Shown here: positions 10,752 through 22,516 of the stretch, piece after piece
How positions within the stretch are numbered: position 1 is the first letter of the stretch
How the letters are laid out: each line of letters opens with the position of its first letter
From: Candidatus Altimarinota bacterium
GTDB lineage: Bacteria; Patescibacteriota; Gracilibacteria; BD1-5; UBA2023
NCBI GenBank assembly: GCA_031410215.1
Contig: JANNYQ010000067.1
Location: forward strand, 1-54,904
Reading direction: 5' to 3'
Length of the DNA: 54,904 bases
The notes under the pieces: model-generated
What the model saw: the letters and a program-made list of their open reading frames with translations, nothing else
Told to the model about the DNA's origin: nothing
Databases searched by the model: none
Translations under genes and position numbers: made by a program

Positions 10752-11792
10752 ATGGAAAATACCAAATTCATAGCGCTCATCGATGAAGTCATCAAGATGA
10801 ATATATCTGATCTCCATCTCACCGGGGAATCAGTGCCACATATCCGCAATCATATCGGTGATATTGCCCCTGTAGACAAATATGGGGTGATCACCTGATT
10901 CGATATAGAGGAGATCTGTGAATTCTTGCTCGGGAGACGGTTCGATGAGCGGACTCTCGATATCTCATATGCTCAGGGGGTTGCTCGGTTCCGTGTGAAT
11001 ATGAGTCGTACAATCAAGGGGATCACGATCGCCATGCGAATGATCCCGTCTATCATACCGACTCCAACTGAGATATCACTCCCAGCATCTATCCTCAAGG
11101 CTGCTACCGCAGATAAATGAATCATCCTTATCACTGGACCAACTGGATCAGGGAAATCCACCACCATGGCAACGATACTCGACTATATCAACTCGAACAG
11201 CTCCAAACATATAATCACGCTCGAGGATCCAGTCGAGTTCGTCTATCAGAATAGAAAATCCCTCATCCATCAGCGAGAGCTCGGGAAACAATTCCATACT
11301 TTCGGTGAGGGTATCAGATCGATACTACGTGAAGATCCTGATATCATCGTGATCGGCGAGATGCGAGATCTCGAGACCATGGAGGCTGCGATCACGCTCG
11401 CCGAGACAGGACATCTCGTCTTCTCGACGCTTCATACCAATGATACCGTCCAGACTGTCGATCGTATCATCCAGTCATTCCCAGCAACATCACAGAATCA
11501 GATCCGCATGCAATTCGCACTCTCTATGCGAGCGATCATATCTCAGTTACTCCTTCCAAAAAGCGATACCACGGGTATGATCGTAGCTCGTGAACTCATG
11601 TTCAACAATGACTCTGTCCGCAATCTCATCATCCGAGGTGAGACACAAAATCTTTACTCCGTACTTGAACTCGGCAAGCAAGATGGGATGATCCTCATGG
11701 ATGAATCACTCATGAATCTCGTGAGAGAACATAAAATTTATACCAAAACGGCTCAACTTTTTATGCGAGATCCATCAAAACTTGATATTTAG
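10752..11792 (+). CDS. pilT: type IV pilus retraction ATPase PilT
   Basis: Walker A GPTGSGKST, EDPVEF, Walker B DPDIIVIGEMRD, His box GHLVFSTLHT and the PilT-type SVRNLII motif. Three ORFs join through 2 TGAs. Confidence 0.9.
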
Positions 11793-11880
11793 ACACGAAC
11801 TCTATATTTGCCAATACCAAATCTACCAATAATTGTGGTAGATTTTGTATTTTTGTATGGAGATATGCTAGACTGGTGGT

Positions 11881-14800
11881 ATGTCAGTACTCAGGTACAT
11901 CTCGATCATCCTACTCAATTTACTTCTCATACTGGAATCGAGTACTTTTTCTGTGGTTGCTCTGACAGATGCAGATATTGCTGTGAACTCACTCGAGGCA
12001 CTCTCACTCCCTGTAGAGACGATAGACCAAGAAATAGCGAGTACGACGGTCCAAGCTATATCAAAAGAAATCAAACCAGAGCTCAGAGTCGATATCCAAT
12101 CACTCCTCGACGCCAACCGAGCATATGCGGTAGAGAAGATATTCACACCCGAGGAGATCATACCTCTCGTAGATACACTATCACCCACACTCGACACCCT
12201 CTCGTCACTCAATGAAGGAGATATGTTCGGGGATTTTCTCATCGCATCTAGCGCAAGACTCCTAGAGTGAGTCAAATGAAGCAAAATAAAGCTCGATCAC
12301 CGAGCTAGAGCGGAGCAAAAAGTCGATGGAATACGAGGTACTATAGCGGTTAACATGGCGACTGGTACGATCATATCGACGCTCTCTGGGGCGATTATCG
12401 ATCCTACAAATATCGGAATATATGACGTCACTCCTGATGTCAGGATCAAGGCTGATAGCTATCATACCAAAAAAATCAAACCAATCAAACCAAAAAAATG
12501 AATAACTCCAAAGGATAATGGTGCTGAAGTATTTGAGTTCGGTATCCCAGGAACCCATCTCATATTCTCATCACCTGTCACGATATCGATCCGTACTCCG
12601 ATGCTCAGTGATGGCAATGTCGTAGATCTTGCAGTACTCCATGCGGGTAATAGTATATTCAACACAAGTGGACTCTCACTCTCGAGCAATACTCTCTGTA
12701 ATATCAGTGGATCTGCATCCAAGCCAGGATCACAAGCAGTCGTCAAAAATGGAAAAATCACATTCTACACCTGTGGGGCATCAAGTTTTACGATGAATCT
12801 ATCTGGTGGTACCGCTGGATCCAACGACCTGCGTATCGTCATAGGTGACTGTGCACAACTACAAGTATACTACAACAATCTCGCACAGATCTATACTGGT
12901 AACCCAGCAGCAACAGGATGTGGTCTCCCCGGTATGTGGGCGGCACTCCGGATCGGAGGTGTGACATACGGCAATGGTGTGGATGGTGTCACTGCGACCG
13001 CATGGTCAACCCAGACTACTACTGGATCCACAAGTGGCAATACGTATACCGCGAGATCGACGATGACCAGAGTAGTTGGTACACTTACATATACACTGAT
13101 TATCGATTGGGCCCATACGGCTCCGAACAAATACTTTACCTGGTCATATCAAGTCATCGTACCTCCTACCAATACAGCGAATGTCCGTTTCTATTTCGCC
13201 AATGATAGTATGGTGGCTGGAGCTGATACAGCTGATGTCGGATATCTCTCACTCACGGGTGGTACCACTGTAGGAGTCTATGATAATGTTGCCAACGTGA
13301 TATCTGCCTATCGATACATCTCAGGACCAGTATGGACTGGATATGAGGTGGGGCCATATGCTACCGTCGCTGGTCGCATCACGGGTGGTACTGATTTTGT
13401 CAACACAATTCAGGGTACTGCAGGAGATCTAGGATTTTGAGTCAATTGGAATTTTGGAACTGGAGCCAACGTGACCTACAGTGGATCATCTGAGTGGAGA
13501 TTTTTCCCATATATCGCAACAAATGTGGTAGATCTCATCCCTGGTGTTGGACAACCAGAGGGCCCACTCACAACAGGATATCTCTCTCAGATACCCATCA
13601 CGCTGACCAATGCTGGTAATCTCACCTCATCAGGGGTTCATACGGCCATACTCACTCTACCCGCAAATATTTCATGACCGACGATTGCTTTTGTGGACAA
13701 TGGATGGTCATGTGGTGCTACTGTCGGAGTGACGGTGACTTGTACCAAGACGACAAGTATAATAGCATTTGCCACAGATACTCTCCGAATACCAGTGATC
13801 CCTCTACCAGCTGCAGGAGGGACGAATGTCACATTCAATGTATCGATCTCCAATCCTGGTGACTCCAACACAACCAATAATACCGCATTCGCAACGAACT
13901 CTGTCGTATCTGCGACTATCGCATACTCACCAGGAGGCGTCACGGGGGCCAATCTCTGGCTCAAGGCTGACGGCAACAAAAACTGTAGTACCAATGGTTG
14001 TACGATTACAACTTGGAATAATAGTGGTGCTATCGCAATCAATGCCGTCACAGGACTTGGGACGGTGACATATAGTACTGGTGTCACAATGAACTACAAT
14101 CCTACTCTCTATTTTAACAATGCATCGCTGAATGTTGCGAATAATCTCGGTGTGACGACCGCTGCGGTATCAATTTTTACGACATCTCTTATCGGTACTG
14201 GTGGATCGTTCCTGATAGGCCCTCAGGCAGTAGTCGCCAATAGTCTAAACTGGAGTACCACACCAACCACTGATCTATTCGGACTCTATCCAGCGACCAA
14301 TATATATAACGGTGCCAATGGGCGTGCAGCAGGTACAGCAGATATCACGACTACCTCTCGTGCCACAGGAGGATCAGCGACCAATCGTACTGATGGTCTC
14401 CAGAAGCTCACTAACGCAGCGGTTGTCACGGCTTTTGTCGGAACCAATATTGGTATCGGACGCAGCAATGTGACTAACTCGACTCTCGCGAATGTGGGTG
14501 AAGTCATCATCTATCCGACGGAGATCATCGGAGTAAGTAGAAACAAGGTCGAGTCATATCTTGCAATCAAATATGGTATCACGCTCGATCAGAGTATAGC
14601 ACAGAACTATACCCTCTCGAACAATGCTATTGCCTGGAATAGTGCAAGTATTGGATTATTTAAAAATGATATCGCTGGTATCGCTCGTGACGATGTCTCA
14701 GCACTCTCTCAGACGAAGTCCCAATCCGTCAATAATTTATGAGATATCATCGTTGCTACAGTAGGTGCTATCGGGATCAACTACCAGTCACTCCTCTGGG

Positions 14801-15840
14801 CCAATGATGGGGCTGGAATAAGTAGTTTTTCAGTGTTGGATTCCCCACCAGGATACCAACATATAGCTCGTGAGTGGCAGTTCCAAAAGAAAAATGGAAA
14901 TATCGGCGATGTAAAGATAGCCTATCCGGTAGCATCCGTCCCTGCAGGATTCACGGGGACTCTCATGATGCTCGTGGATACTGATGGAGTATTCACAACT
15001 GGAGCAAGTGCCTATACAGGAACACTGAATCTTGGCAATTGGGAGTTCACACTCAATATTGCCGATATGCAGTATATAACTTTTGCGAAGTCGGTATTCA
15101 CGGATACAGTAGCTCCAGTGATCAACTCTATATCTATAGCATCTGGAGTACTCCTCCCGATCGGCAACTTCCCTCTCACTGTCACCTATAGTGATACGGG
15201 TTCTGCGATCAGTGCTGGATCATTCACCGGAAAGATCTATGCCTGGGATGGAGTGAGTGCCTGGGGAGTGACCGATCTCTCACCGACCTATATGACTCTC
15301 TCGGGAGCAGCGACGACCTCGACTGGTCGACTCACGGTATCGGGACTCCCATTTGGCAGATATCGATTCGACATCTCAGTTGCCGATACAGTCGGAAATA
15401 TAGCAACACAGAGTATCATCTACTATATCGATGCGATCGACTGGAGTATCTCATCCGATACCTACGATATCGGTACACTCTCACCTGGGCCACAGATATT
15501 CGGAACTGGAGAGATGATAGTCACAGTACGGACGGTGGGGGCTGCGTTCAATCTGAGTATGATAGGGACGAGTACTCTGACGCGATCAGCCGAGACCATC
15601 AACTACTGGAATGGTACCCTCGGATGGGGATATGACCAGTGGACTGGATCAGCATACCTCGGGACGATCATCTCAACTGGTACAGCAGGTACTCTCGCGA
15701 ATCAGGCAGTGAGTATCAATACGAACGGTCTCAAGAACACCTATACCTACCGTATCAAATACGGCAGTAAGATCAGTGCCGAGCAAGCAGCAGGGCTCTA
15801 CAATGGGAGTATGAAAATGGATCTGGTAGCGAGTTATTAA
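11881..15840 (+). CDS. giant secreted surface protein (1319 aa)
   Basis: Five listed ORFs (11881, 12601, 13471, 13693, 14833) share one frame, and every junction was checked to contain only TGA. It has an N-terminal signal anchor. The body is G/T/S/N-rich beta-type sequence with CARDB/DUF11-like and LamG-like looking segments (family call is inference). Confidence 0.75.
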
Positions 15841-15868
15841 AAAATCCCAACTAAGTTGGGATTTTTTC
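15841..15868 (+). terminator. rho-independent terminator
   Basis: AATCCCAAC-TAA-GTTGGGATT followed by a T-run. Confidence 0.8.
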
Positions 15869-16022
15869 TGTATTCTGTTTTTTTCGTTCACTCTCATTGT
15901 CTGTCTTGATCTTTGAACATCAGTAATTTGTGACTTCATATATTATTCGAGAGGTTTCTATTTTCTTTCAGTCCCCTTCTTTGCTTTCAGTCCGAAACAT
16001 CAGGGATCGTTGATCCCAGACA

Positions 16023-18500
16023 TTAAGCAACTGGCTTTTCCTTGCTTTCAGCTTGTTTATCATTTTTCATCTTCGAAACATTAGGAGTATGTGACTCCAC
16101 ACTCTCTCCTAGAGAGTTCTGTTTTCTTTCCATATCTTTTTTTGTCTTTAATCCCTCTTTATATTCCTCTTTTTCTTTGCGATATTTTTTCTCATCATCA
16201 GAGATCTTGGCTGCATATTCGAATATCTTTTTCTCTACATAGTCTCGCTTCTTGGTATACTTCTCACGAGAGACCTTCAGGAGGACATCACGAGACTGCT
16301 GTGGAGGGGTGTCAATCTGCTCATGGAGTGGGGCATAGGTCGTGGCTGAGAAAACGGGCGATGGCATACCATCGATGAGGAGCTTGGTATAGATATCGTA
16401 TTTGCGTAGATTGGTCAGATCGTGAGGAGTGATCACATCTTCACCGCCGAACACCTCAGCGAATTTCATCGCATCATCATGTCCGACCTGGAACGAGATC
16501 AGTGATCCCACATTCCCGAATACTGCTCCCTGTACGGTCTCCGGCATTTGAGCGATATACTGATTTGCCATCGTGAGGGAGAGCTTGTATTTGCGAGCCT
16601 CGGAGAGGATGGTAGCGAACGAGTCCGTGGCGAAGTTCTGAAACTCATCGACATAGAGACCAAAATCCCTGCGATTCGCCTCAGGCGTGTCCGCTCGGGT
16701 CATCGCCTCGATCTGGAACTTGGTCACCATCATCGCTCAGAGGAGTGCGGATGCATCTTCTCCGATTTTACCCTTCGACAGATTCACGATGAATATCTTC
16801 CCATTATCCATTATCCAACGGAGTGAGAACGGATTTTTTGGCTGTCCGAGAATATTGCGGAGGATAGGGGATGAGAGGAACTGTCCGACTTTATTCAATA
16901 TCGGATTAATCGCCTCGCTCATCTGTGCTGGTGCCATCTTCTCGAACTCATTTGTCCAGAATTGTATGAGAATTGGGTCTGTGATCTTCGATACTACCTT
17001 GCGTCTATATGACTCATGGGTCAGCATCAGCGGGATGGAGATCAGCGTAGTATCTGGGATCAGCAGGAGCGTGAGGATCGTATTGCGGAGGATATACTCG
17101 AGCCTGGGCCCCCAGCTCTCGGCGAACATCTTTTTGAAAATAGAAACGAGTCCCGACGCTACAATCGGACGCAGTTCAGGGTTGGGATTATCAAGCATAT
17201 TGAACGCAATCGGATACTCCGTATCAGACGGGTCGAATAGTACGATATCGTTGGTTCGAGACTTCGGGATATTAGCGAGGATCGTATCAGCGAGATCTCC
17301 ATGCGGATCGATGAGGGCAATACCTCGTCCTGACATGATATCAGAGTAGAGCATATTTTCCAGAAGTGTGGATTTTCACATTCCAGTTTTTCCTATGATA
17401 TAGGTATGACGAGCTCGGTCGATCGGCTGGATAGCGAATGCCTCGGTCGATCCTCGGAAATTCGACAGTCCAATCGGAGTATTGGGTGCTCAGGTATGAG
17501 GCAGGTTGTGGGGTGGTTCGAACCGGCGAGTTGTGACCCAGTTGACGCCTGGAGTCCGTACATAAATCGTCGGCATATGTACGAGTCCTGCGAGCTCCGT
17601 CACAGACAATATGCTCCGATATTTGGAGTATTTTTTGAGAGTTTTAGCGTAGATCGTCTGATATGGCCTCCCCGTGATCAGCTTGGCTCCGTTGGGCTGA
17701 GAAAATATATGGAGACTCGATGCAAGTTCCCGAGTTGTGGTACTCGTCTGCCCGAGCGAAGCCAGGATGATCTGCGTCGAGTAGCCATAGCTATCGAACT
17801 TGCTCTCATTCGTTTCTCGTTTTTCTTTTTTATCACTCATACTATGTTCATCCTCAATGTGAGATCCTCATGTGAGGAACGAGGCCAGATGCGCCAGTAG
17901 ACTAAAGGGGAATGCAATCACTCGAATCCACCACCAATTCGCGAGGAGGAACACCTTGGCAAAGTCAGGAATATGCATCTCTATGATCGATCTGGAGGTA
18001 TGTTCACGCCAGTCATGATCAGAGAGCGGAGAGAAATCAACACGAAGAAATACCGTCTCCGTTTTCGCCGATTTCGCGAGAACCGAGGTAATTCCTGAGA
18101 GTGGATCGATTCCCTCTTTTTCTGTACGGTCCTTGAGATTGGCATAGATCTTGATCGTATCGCCCGAGATATGAGGGAGTCGAGCTTCTTGCACTGAAAT
18201 CTGAGCATCGATGGCAAAAGGGAGTACCGCCTCAGTGATCTCGATATCACTATAGTGAGCATAGAGCTGACTCTCGAGGAACTGTCTATGATTAACCCGG
18301 GTCTCGAGAAAAAATCTGATACGACTCTGGTGATGCACCACAAAAAACCGAAACTGTGGACGGTTATGGGGGAGAATATCCCACCAAGCAGCGTGTGAGT
18401 CATGAAGGGTATCATGGAGGGTCGAGAGCATCTCACGAGCGACGAACACTCACTTCTCATTGGCTCTATCCACCGCGATTTCGAGGATCACTGTATTCAT
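16023..18500 (-). CDS. type-IV-coupling-protein-like P-loop ATPase (VirD4/TraD/TraG-like), paralogue 1
   Basis: 825 aa in one frame from ATG 18500, joining 4 ORFs through TGA. Walker A reads GKTGM[G]KST (TGA 17376-17378). Also IDPHGDL, Walker B LYVDEFQNFAT and ANQYIAQ. It has a lysine/glutamate-rich C-terminal tail. Confidence 0.8.
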
Positions 18501-18570
18501 AAGGAATATTTTATAGAAAACCCTTGAAAAAGCCAATTGCATTTTTGCATATTTTTCCTATAGTGCATCT

Positions 18571-19260
18571 ATGAAAACTATTGAGATAAATAATGCAAAT
18601 ATTTGCATCAATGAAAACTGTCATATATACGACAGAGGCCTTGTAGATAGTGTCGATATCGTCATTGGCGAGTGATTACAGGTCGAGTATTGTTTCGTTG
18701 CTCCTGCTCGGATGCTACTCACTGAGGGGGAATCAAAGGGGGAGTTGGTCCCTGTATATAAAAAATATTACCGCCATATCGCCATCGGAGCAGATACGAC
18801 ATTCACAGGTACTGGTGTGATGATGGATCAGGTAGACATCGAGATCATCACTGAGATATGTGGCGATAGTGCTCGGTCTACACTCGATCTCCTCGCTCTT
18901 GCAACTGATGATGCTCGCATCTCTGTCGAAGGAGTGGCGAGAGTCGCATCGCCATATCGCCAGGTGTCGACTCGTGTCGATCAGACCAATATCCTCATCG
19001 GGACTGGAGCCCGAGTCCGTGGAGTCCCACGACTTGAGATTGCCACTGATGATATCGAGTGAGGGCACTCATGTCGAATGCATCGTCTCGGCGGAGAGTC
19101 ACTGTTTTATCTCACCTCTCGTGGTCTCACTCACCAACATGCAGAGACACTCCTACTCAACTCGGAGATCCTGAGACATCTCAGAACTATCGAAGAAGAT
19201 CACAGAGAAAATGCCTGTTATGAGATACATATGCGACTGATCAAAAAAACCACCATTTAG
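18571..19260 (+). CDS. SufB/SufD-family (UPF0051) domain protein, short
   Basis: The C-terminal part ...PRLEIATDDIE[G]GHSCRMHRLGGESLFYLTSRGLTHQHAETLLL resembles the SufBD signature. ATG 18571 joins the pieces through 2 TGAs. Confidence 0.55.
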
Positions 19261-19270
19261 GTGGTTTTTT
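19245..19270 (+). terminator. rho-independent terminator
   Basis: AAACCACC-ATTTA-GGTGGTTT followed by a T-run. It overlaps the stop codon. Confidence 0.7.
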
Positions 19271-19398
19271 AATTATATACCATTTGGTTTTTCCAATATG
19301 GGTATATGCCCTATTGGATATTTATTAAAGATTTATTTGTTTCATAGATCGAAAGACATATAATATACGAGATTACTTGTATTAATTTGCTCTCTATG

Positions 19399-20100
19399 AA
19401 AAAAATAAACCAAGAAGAATCTTATAAAAGAAAAGCAGTAAAACCACTCACTGCTATAGTGCTTCTCGCTACGCTAAAGTCAAAAAATCAATTATCACAC
19501 ACAGCAGTTTTATCAAAGCTACTTATAGAAAAATTGGAAAAATTGAATGTCCAAAGTGAGATGATACGCCTCATCGACTATGATATCAAACCTGGTACCC
19601 GAGAAAATATGGGCAAAGGTGATGAATGGCCAAATATACTCAAAAAAATACTCGCAGCTGATATCATCATATTCGCAACACCGATCTGGTGGGGACTCCA
19701 CTCATCTCTCATGCAACGAGTTGTCGAGCGTATGGATACTCTGAATGACTCATTACTCGAAACGGGCACTTCGCCACTTGCCAACAAAGTTGCGAGTGTG
19801 GTGATAACTGGTGCAGAGGATGGCGCCCAACATATTACGGGCAATCTTTTGAGTTTTATCACATACAATGGGCTGACCATCCCACCAGGCAGCTCTGTAT
19901 CATGGCTCGGTGACGCGGAAGGAAAGAGTGAAGAGCAATTGACGAAGTTGTTTAGCAAGGAACCTACCAAATCGATGATAGAGGTGGCTGGAGATAATAT
20001 TGTTCATATGGCTTCATTCCTCGAAGAAAATCCCTACCCCATAGCAAGTCAAGGTATCAGAGGGAGCATCAAATCTGGTACTGTTGGCATTAAGAACTAA
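19399..20100 (+). CDS. flavodoxin-fold NAD(P)H-dependent FMN reductase-like protein
   Basis: ...ADIIIFATPIWWGLHSSLMQRVVERMD... is a typical FMN_red/flavodoxin_2 pattern. ATG 19399 (MKKINQ). No TGA. Confidence 0.6.
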   Translation, partial: KKINQEESYKRKAVKPLTAIVLLATLKSKNQLSHTAVLSKLLIEKLEKLNVQSEMIRLIDYDIKPGTRENMGKGDEWPNILKKILAADIIIFATPIWWGLHSSLMQRVVERMDTLNDSLLETGTSPLANKVASVVITGAEDGAQHITGNLLSFITYNGLTIPPGSSVSWLGDAEGKSEEQLTKLFSKEPTKSMIEVAGDNIVHMASFLEENPYPIASQGIRGSIKSGTVGIKN

Positions 20101-20157
20101 CAGTAGTATCGATCCATTGCTCTTTCATTATTGGTACCATCGTACCTTGTGGAGATG

Positions 20158-21756
20158 TTATCAATTTTTATTTGCGATCATCGCTCTTACGAGTCCCATG
20201 AAGAGTGGGTGAGGTCGGGATGGACGAGAGATGAGCTCAGGATGAGCCTGTGTCGCAATCATATATGGATGATCAGCTATCTCCACGATCTCGGCGAGCA
20301 TCCCATCTGGTGATGTGGCTGATACGATGAATCCTGATTGTTCCATCTGCTCGCGATAGAGAGGATCGAACTCGAATCGGTGGCGATGTCGCTCAGTCAC
20401 GGGTAGTCATCCATATACCTTCTCTGCCAGACTTCATTTTCTGATCACACACTCATAGCTCCCGAGTCGCATATTCCCTCACTTCGATGTCAGTCATCTC
20501 TGATGATCCATGATATGGATGATATTATGGGCTCATTCTGGAGTGAACTCTTCACTCGATGCATCAGATATACCCAGTACATTACGTGCATACTCGATCG
20601 CCATGATCTGAGATCCGAGACAGATCCCGAGGTATGGGATTTTATTCACTCTTGCGTATCTCGAGGTCTCGATCATCCCCTCGGTTCCCCGAGTACCGAA
20701 TCCTCCAGGGATACAGATCCCATCGAGATTCTCAAGGATGGCTGTACCTGATTTTTCTACATCCTCCGCATCGATGAATTGGAGTTTTATTTTTTTCGAG
20801 TGAGCGAATCCGGCACACCGAAGTCACTCATTGACAGAGTAGTAGGCGTCTTCGAGATCCGTGTATTTGCCGACCATACCGATCGTGAGGATATCGGTCG
20901 AATTCTCGATATGTCCGACGAGCTGTTCCCATTTTTGCATATTAGGTATCACGCTATCGAGTCTGAGTTTGGAGAAGATCTTGGTACTCACGAGTTGCGT
21001 AGCAAATGAAAGTGGAACCTTATAGATCGAGTCGAGTGTCGGTGCGGCGATAATATCATCTCGATGGAGTCCTGATGTCGATGCGATCTTTGCGAACATC
21101 TCCTCAGGAACAACTTCATCAGAGCGGACCACGAGGAAATCAGGTGATATCCCATATCCCATCAGCGTACGAACTGAGTGCTGTATGGGCTTGGACTTGA
21201 ACTCTTTCGATGCTCAGAGAAATGGGAGGAGCACTACATGAACAAATATTACATTATCCCGACCGAGACGATGCTGAAGCTGTCGAGCAGACTCGAGAAG
21301 ATATTCGTTTTCCATATCTCAGACAGTTCCCCCGATTTCGATGATCGAGATATCTGCATTCGCAGTCTCATATCCTGCCTTGATTTTCTCCTGGACGAGA
21401 TCCGTGAGGTGCGGGACGATCTGGACAGTTCCACCGAGAAAATCCCCACGACGCTCTCGAGCAATGAGTTCCTCATACAACTTACCCGATGTGAATGATG
21501 AGAATCGATTCATATCCGTATCGAGAAATCTCTCATAGTGACCTATATCGAGATCTGTCTCAGCTCCATCAGCCGTGACGAATACTTCTCCATGTTGCGT
21601 TGGGTTCATCGTTCCTGGATCAACATTGAGATAACCGTCGAATTTTTGACAGTAGACTCGTTTATGTGAGGCCGTGAGGAGTGCACCGATCGATGCGGCG
21701 GCTATACCTTTTCCTATGCCTGAGAGGACACCTCATGTGACGAATATTATTTTCAA
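20158..21756 (-). CDS. pyrG: CTP synthase
   Basis: The TTG start gives MKIIFVT[G][16 protein letters not shown]. Also ...GICLGSQ... (glutaminase Cys) and ...ERHRHRFEF. All junctions were translated: a single frame broken only by TGAs. The CDS ends TGA-TAA. Confidence 0.92.
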
Positions 21757-21885
21757 GAGAGAAGAAAGTTAGAAATATAAAAAAAGAGGGGTCATAAAAA
21801 CCTCTCTCTAATATGAGATGATACGGGTTGTATATCTCTGCAATTGCATATCATGATTATAGAGAAAAATCCATAATTGCAAGAC

Positions 21886-21914
21886 ATTATAGTGAGAATA
21901 ATTCTCACTATAAT
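21886..21914. promoter_or_regulatory. perfect 29-nt palindrome, putative operator upstream of dps
   Basis: ATTATAGTGAGAAT-A-ATTCTCACTATAAT is a perfect 14-1-14 palindrome. It abuts a TTGATT(-35)/TATAAT(-10) promoter (21915-21941). Confidence 0.55.
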
Positions 21915-21969
21915 TTGATTTCCATGAAAAAAGAATATAATGGAAATCCTAATTATTAATATAACACTT

Positions 21970-22407
21970 ATGGAAAACAACCCATCTCTCACAGCCCTCA
22001 ACCATCTCATCGCCCTCTATACCGTCACAGCTCAGAATGCGAGGTTCTGCCACTGGAATGTAGTCGGTCCTCACTTCGAGGATGATCATGAGTTCTTCGG
22101 TGATATCTATAGTGAGCTCTCGGACGAGACTGATCTCTTCGCAGAGCGGATCCGAGCTCTCCGGATGAATCCTATATCCGCTATATCAGATCTCCTCGGA
22201 GAGGCTCAGCTCATAGAATATGCCCTCCCGATGACAGCCCGAAATATGCAAAAAAATATGCTCGCCGACTATGAGAAAATATCAGCAAAAATGACACAAT
22301 TCGCAACATCTACTGAGGATGATGCCGTCACTCAGGATATCATTGTTGGATCGCTGCGACAGATCGACAAGCGAGCTTGGATGCTGCGATCGATGCTCGG
22401 TGAATAG
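21970..22407 (+). CDS. dps: Dps-family DNA-protection/ferritin-like protein
   Basis: ...ARFCHWNVVGPHFEDDHEFFGDIYSEL... is the Dps ferroxidase-site pattern. ATG 21970. Confidence 0.8.
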   Translation: MENNPSLTALNHLIALYTVTAQNARFCHWNVVGPHFEDDHEFFGDIYSELSDETDLFAERIRALRMNPISAISDLLGEAQLIEYALPMTARNMQKNMLADYEKISAKMTQFATSTEDDAVTQDIIVGSLRQIDKRAWMLRSMLGE

Positions 22408-22414
22408 ATTTATT

Positions 22415-22431
22415 ATGAGAATAATTCTCAT
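22415..22431. promoter_or_regulatory. 17-nt palindrome, putative operator upstream of the peroxiredoxin gene
   Basis: ATGAGAAT-A-ATTCTCAT contains the same 15-mer, TGAGAATAATTCTCA, as 21893-21907. It lies 6 nt upstream of a TTGATT/TATACT promoter. Confidence 0.5.
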
Positions 22432-22516
22432 TTTATCTTGATTTTTTGATTGAATTCCCTATACTGTTACCGTGGTTTTCTATAACCCAATTACTAATTA
22501 CTAATCTACCATTATT

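Noticed and set aside
15870-16022. The repeated CTTTCAGTCC motif and a GGGATC/GATCCC hairpin downstream of the convergent giant-protein and T4CP-like genes, considered as a regulatory element.
   Set aside because: There are only two short copies and the hairpin is weak with no T-tail. This is consistent with an ordinary convergent intergenic region, at most a weak terminator for the minus-strand gene.
19399-20100. The TGA-free flavodoxin-fold gene as a recent acquisition from a standard-code donor.
   Set aside because: The gene has too few glycine codons for the absence of TGA to be meaningful. Its composition is only mildly different by eye. It would need genome-wide statistics.
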